IMG/VR virus record: IMGVR_UViG_2802429219_000013
From: a virus
Lineage: Duplodnaviria > Heunggongvirae > Uroviricota > Caudoviricetes
Strand: one strand, 5' to 3'
DNA: 6,888 bases
The notes under the pieces are model-generated. The model saw only the letters and a program-made list of their open reading frames with translations. It did not search any database and was not told the DNA's origin. A program made the translations under genes and the position numbers. Positions 5,291 through 6,888 of the stretch are shown in pieces (positions within the stretch are counted from its first letter, which is position 1; each line of letters opens with the position of its first letter).

Positions 5291-5658
5291 AATTCCCCCT
5301 TTGTTGTTTCTTAAAGAGTCATTGGGTGGATTATTGGGTTGGGTTGTGTCGGATTGTGTCAGGGTGTTTATGGAATGGCAAACACTGGTGGCGGTTGTTT
5401 TACAGAAATGGGGGTAATGAGAATAAAAACTCTTTTAATTCATTGTGGTGCAAAGGCATAAAATTCTGTTTTTACGCATTTTTTACATGTTTTTAAGAGT
5501 GATTCGCCAATGTACAAAAAACCAGTAAAACGACTGAAAATCAACTTTTTAGGGTGTCAGTCAGATGATAATCAAGTTTGTTCCAGATTGTTCGCTGTTG
5601 TTCGTCGTGGTGTCTCGTTGTTTCACGTTGTTTCCGTTCTAAAAAATCGCGAAAAAAA

Positions 5659-6888
5659 TTATATTTCTCTGGCTATTGGCAGTGTGGTTACGTTTTCGTG
5701 AGCACCTGCCAGTATCTCTAATCGCTCTGTCCATATGTCCAACGCACTACGTTTCGCATCGAGATAACGGGAGTGGTTATAGACTCGTTGCATCCCTGGC
5801 ATCTGGTGAGCGGTGAGTTGTTCGACAATATGCGGATCCACGCCTAAATCGTTCAGCATCGTGGTAAACGTGCGCCGTATATCGTGTAGTGACCAGTGCG
5901 GATGGTTTAATTTTTTGTGTGTGAATCTGCCGTATTGCGACACGCTGGCTTCCTGTTTCAGCTCCCCGAGTAATAGCCCTGTGTGTCGGTTCTGCTCCAC
6001 CAGCTGCGTGACGAACGGTAAAATGCTTTCCGGTATTGGCCTGAATATGGCGACCTTCGTTTTGCTGTGTTCTTTCGGTACCGTCCAGAGCATTTCCTTA
6101 AAATCCCACTCCTTGATCTCCGACAGCCTCAGCTCTCCGGTTCGGCAGCCGAACACAATCAGGAGGCGGATTAGTGCGCTGTAGTAGGGTGGGAATATTT
6201 TTTTATCCAGCGCCTGTAATAATTCGCCCAGTTCTTTGTTACTAAGCACGCGTTCGCTTATGCCGGGCTTTTTGCCAACGTCCACTACGTTGAGATCATC
6301 CAGAACGTTACTGACTGCGTAGCGACGTTTACGGCAGAACTTAAGCGCCTGTTTACACGCCTGCATCATGTGACCAGACGTTACAGGGGATTTTTTGCGT
6401 ATCCGGTCAAAACAGGCCAGCCAGTGACGTAACTCGCATTTATCCAGTGGCATGTTACCGATGTGCTGTATGACGTGATTATTAAGGCGGCTTTTCAGGG
6501 AGATGTAATCGACGCGGTTTTCCTTTACGTGCATTTCCAGCCAGTAGCTGATCGCATCGCCCACCGTTACCGGCTTTAGTGCTTCCTGTATGGAGTAATT
6601 AAGCTCATGGCGTGGATTTTTTCCCTCTGCCAGCCATGCGCGACACTGTGCTGCTTTTTCCCTAGCTGCTTTCAGGCTCAGATCTGGATAATTTCCCAGT
6701 TTCAGGCGTTCCGGTGATACCTGGCGTCCTGTTCCTGCCCTGTAGGTGAAATACCAGGTTAATAGGCCGCTGGTGGAGTGTCTGATACTCAGATTTCCAC
6801 CGTCATTAAGAAAGGTGGTTTTTTGGGCTGGTGTGCCGTTGATTTTTCTTAGCTGCGTGTCGCTCAGTTTGTTAAGTGCCCTGCTCAT
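5659..6888 (-). CDS. int: Tyrosine site-specific integrase (P4-type)
   Basis: 409-aa ORF with the tyrosine recombinase catalytic signature in the C-terminal half: R in VFGCRTGELRLSE, HxxR in LHDIRRTF, and the downstream tyrosine region QRVYNHSRYLDAKRS. ATG is at the last bases of the window (6886-6888), so upstream sequence and the att/tRNA side are not visible. Confidence 0.95.
   Translation of the reverse strand: MSRALNKLSDTQLRKINGTPAQKTTFLNDGGNLSIRHSTSGLLTWYFTYRAGTGRQVSPERLKLGNYPDLSLKAAREKAAQCRAWLAEGKNPRHELNYSIQEALKPVTVGDAISYWLEMHVKENRVDYISLKSRLNNHVIQHIGNMPLDKCELRHWLACFDRIRKKSPVTSGHMMQACKQALKFCRKRRYAVSNVLDDLNVVDVGKKPGISERVLSNKELGELLQALDKKIFPPYYSALIRLLIVFGCRTGELRLSEIKEWDFKEMLWTVPKEHSKTKVAIFRPIPESILPFVTQLVEQNRHTGLLLGELKQEASVSQYGRFTHKKLNHPHWSLHDIRRTFTTMLNDLGVDPHIVEQLTAHQMPGMQRVYNHSRYLDAKRSALDIWTERLEILAGAHENVTTLPIAREI

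Noticed and set aside
5510-6184. + strand ORFs 5510-5701 and 5813-6184
   Set aside because: 5813-6184 lies entirely inside the integrase gene in antisense, and 5510-5701 overlaps the int 3' end with no SD.
1-6888. Search for tRNA, rRNA or insertion-sequence ends
   Set aside because: No cloverleaf-compatible segment, no terminal inverted repeats and no transposase-like ORF were seen. The integration-target tRNA, if any, is expected just outside the window beyond the int start.

Overview
The window reads as the backbone of a compact integrative, satellite-like mobile element (P4/PICI-type architecture), with all major genes on the minus strand. In minus-strand order: a tyrosine integrase (6888->5659, start codon at the window edge), an AlpA-family regulator (5290->5102), a ~400 bp non-coding stretch carrying two + strand intrinsic terminators and a candidate small RNA, a small + strand RHH-like regulator (4532-4711) placed divergently across an operator-bearing control region from a leftward operon of five short, translationally coupled ORFs (4332->3158), a 707-aa primase/helicase-like replication protein (3161->1038), an iteron-type origin with a consensus DnaA box (865-1009) and an element-encoded SSB (801->379). 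No rRNA, tRNA, CRISPR array or transposase was seen, and no attachment site can be defined because the tRNA/att side lies beyond position 6888. Protein family calls rest on motifs read by eye, not on searches. The most interesting unexplained content is the five-gene small-ORF operon with a reiterated junction element, the repressor-like RHH/operator module, a self-contained promoter-terminator unit that could encode an sRNA, and a strong excess of Chi octamers.
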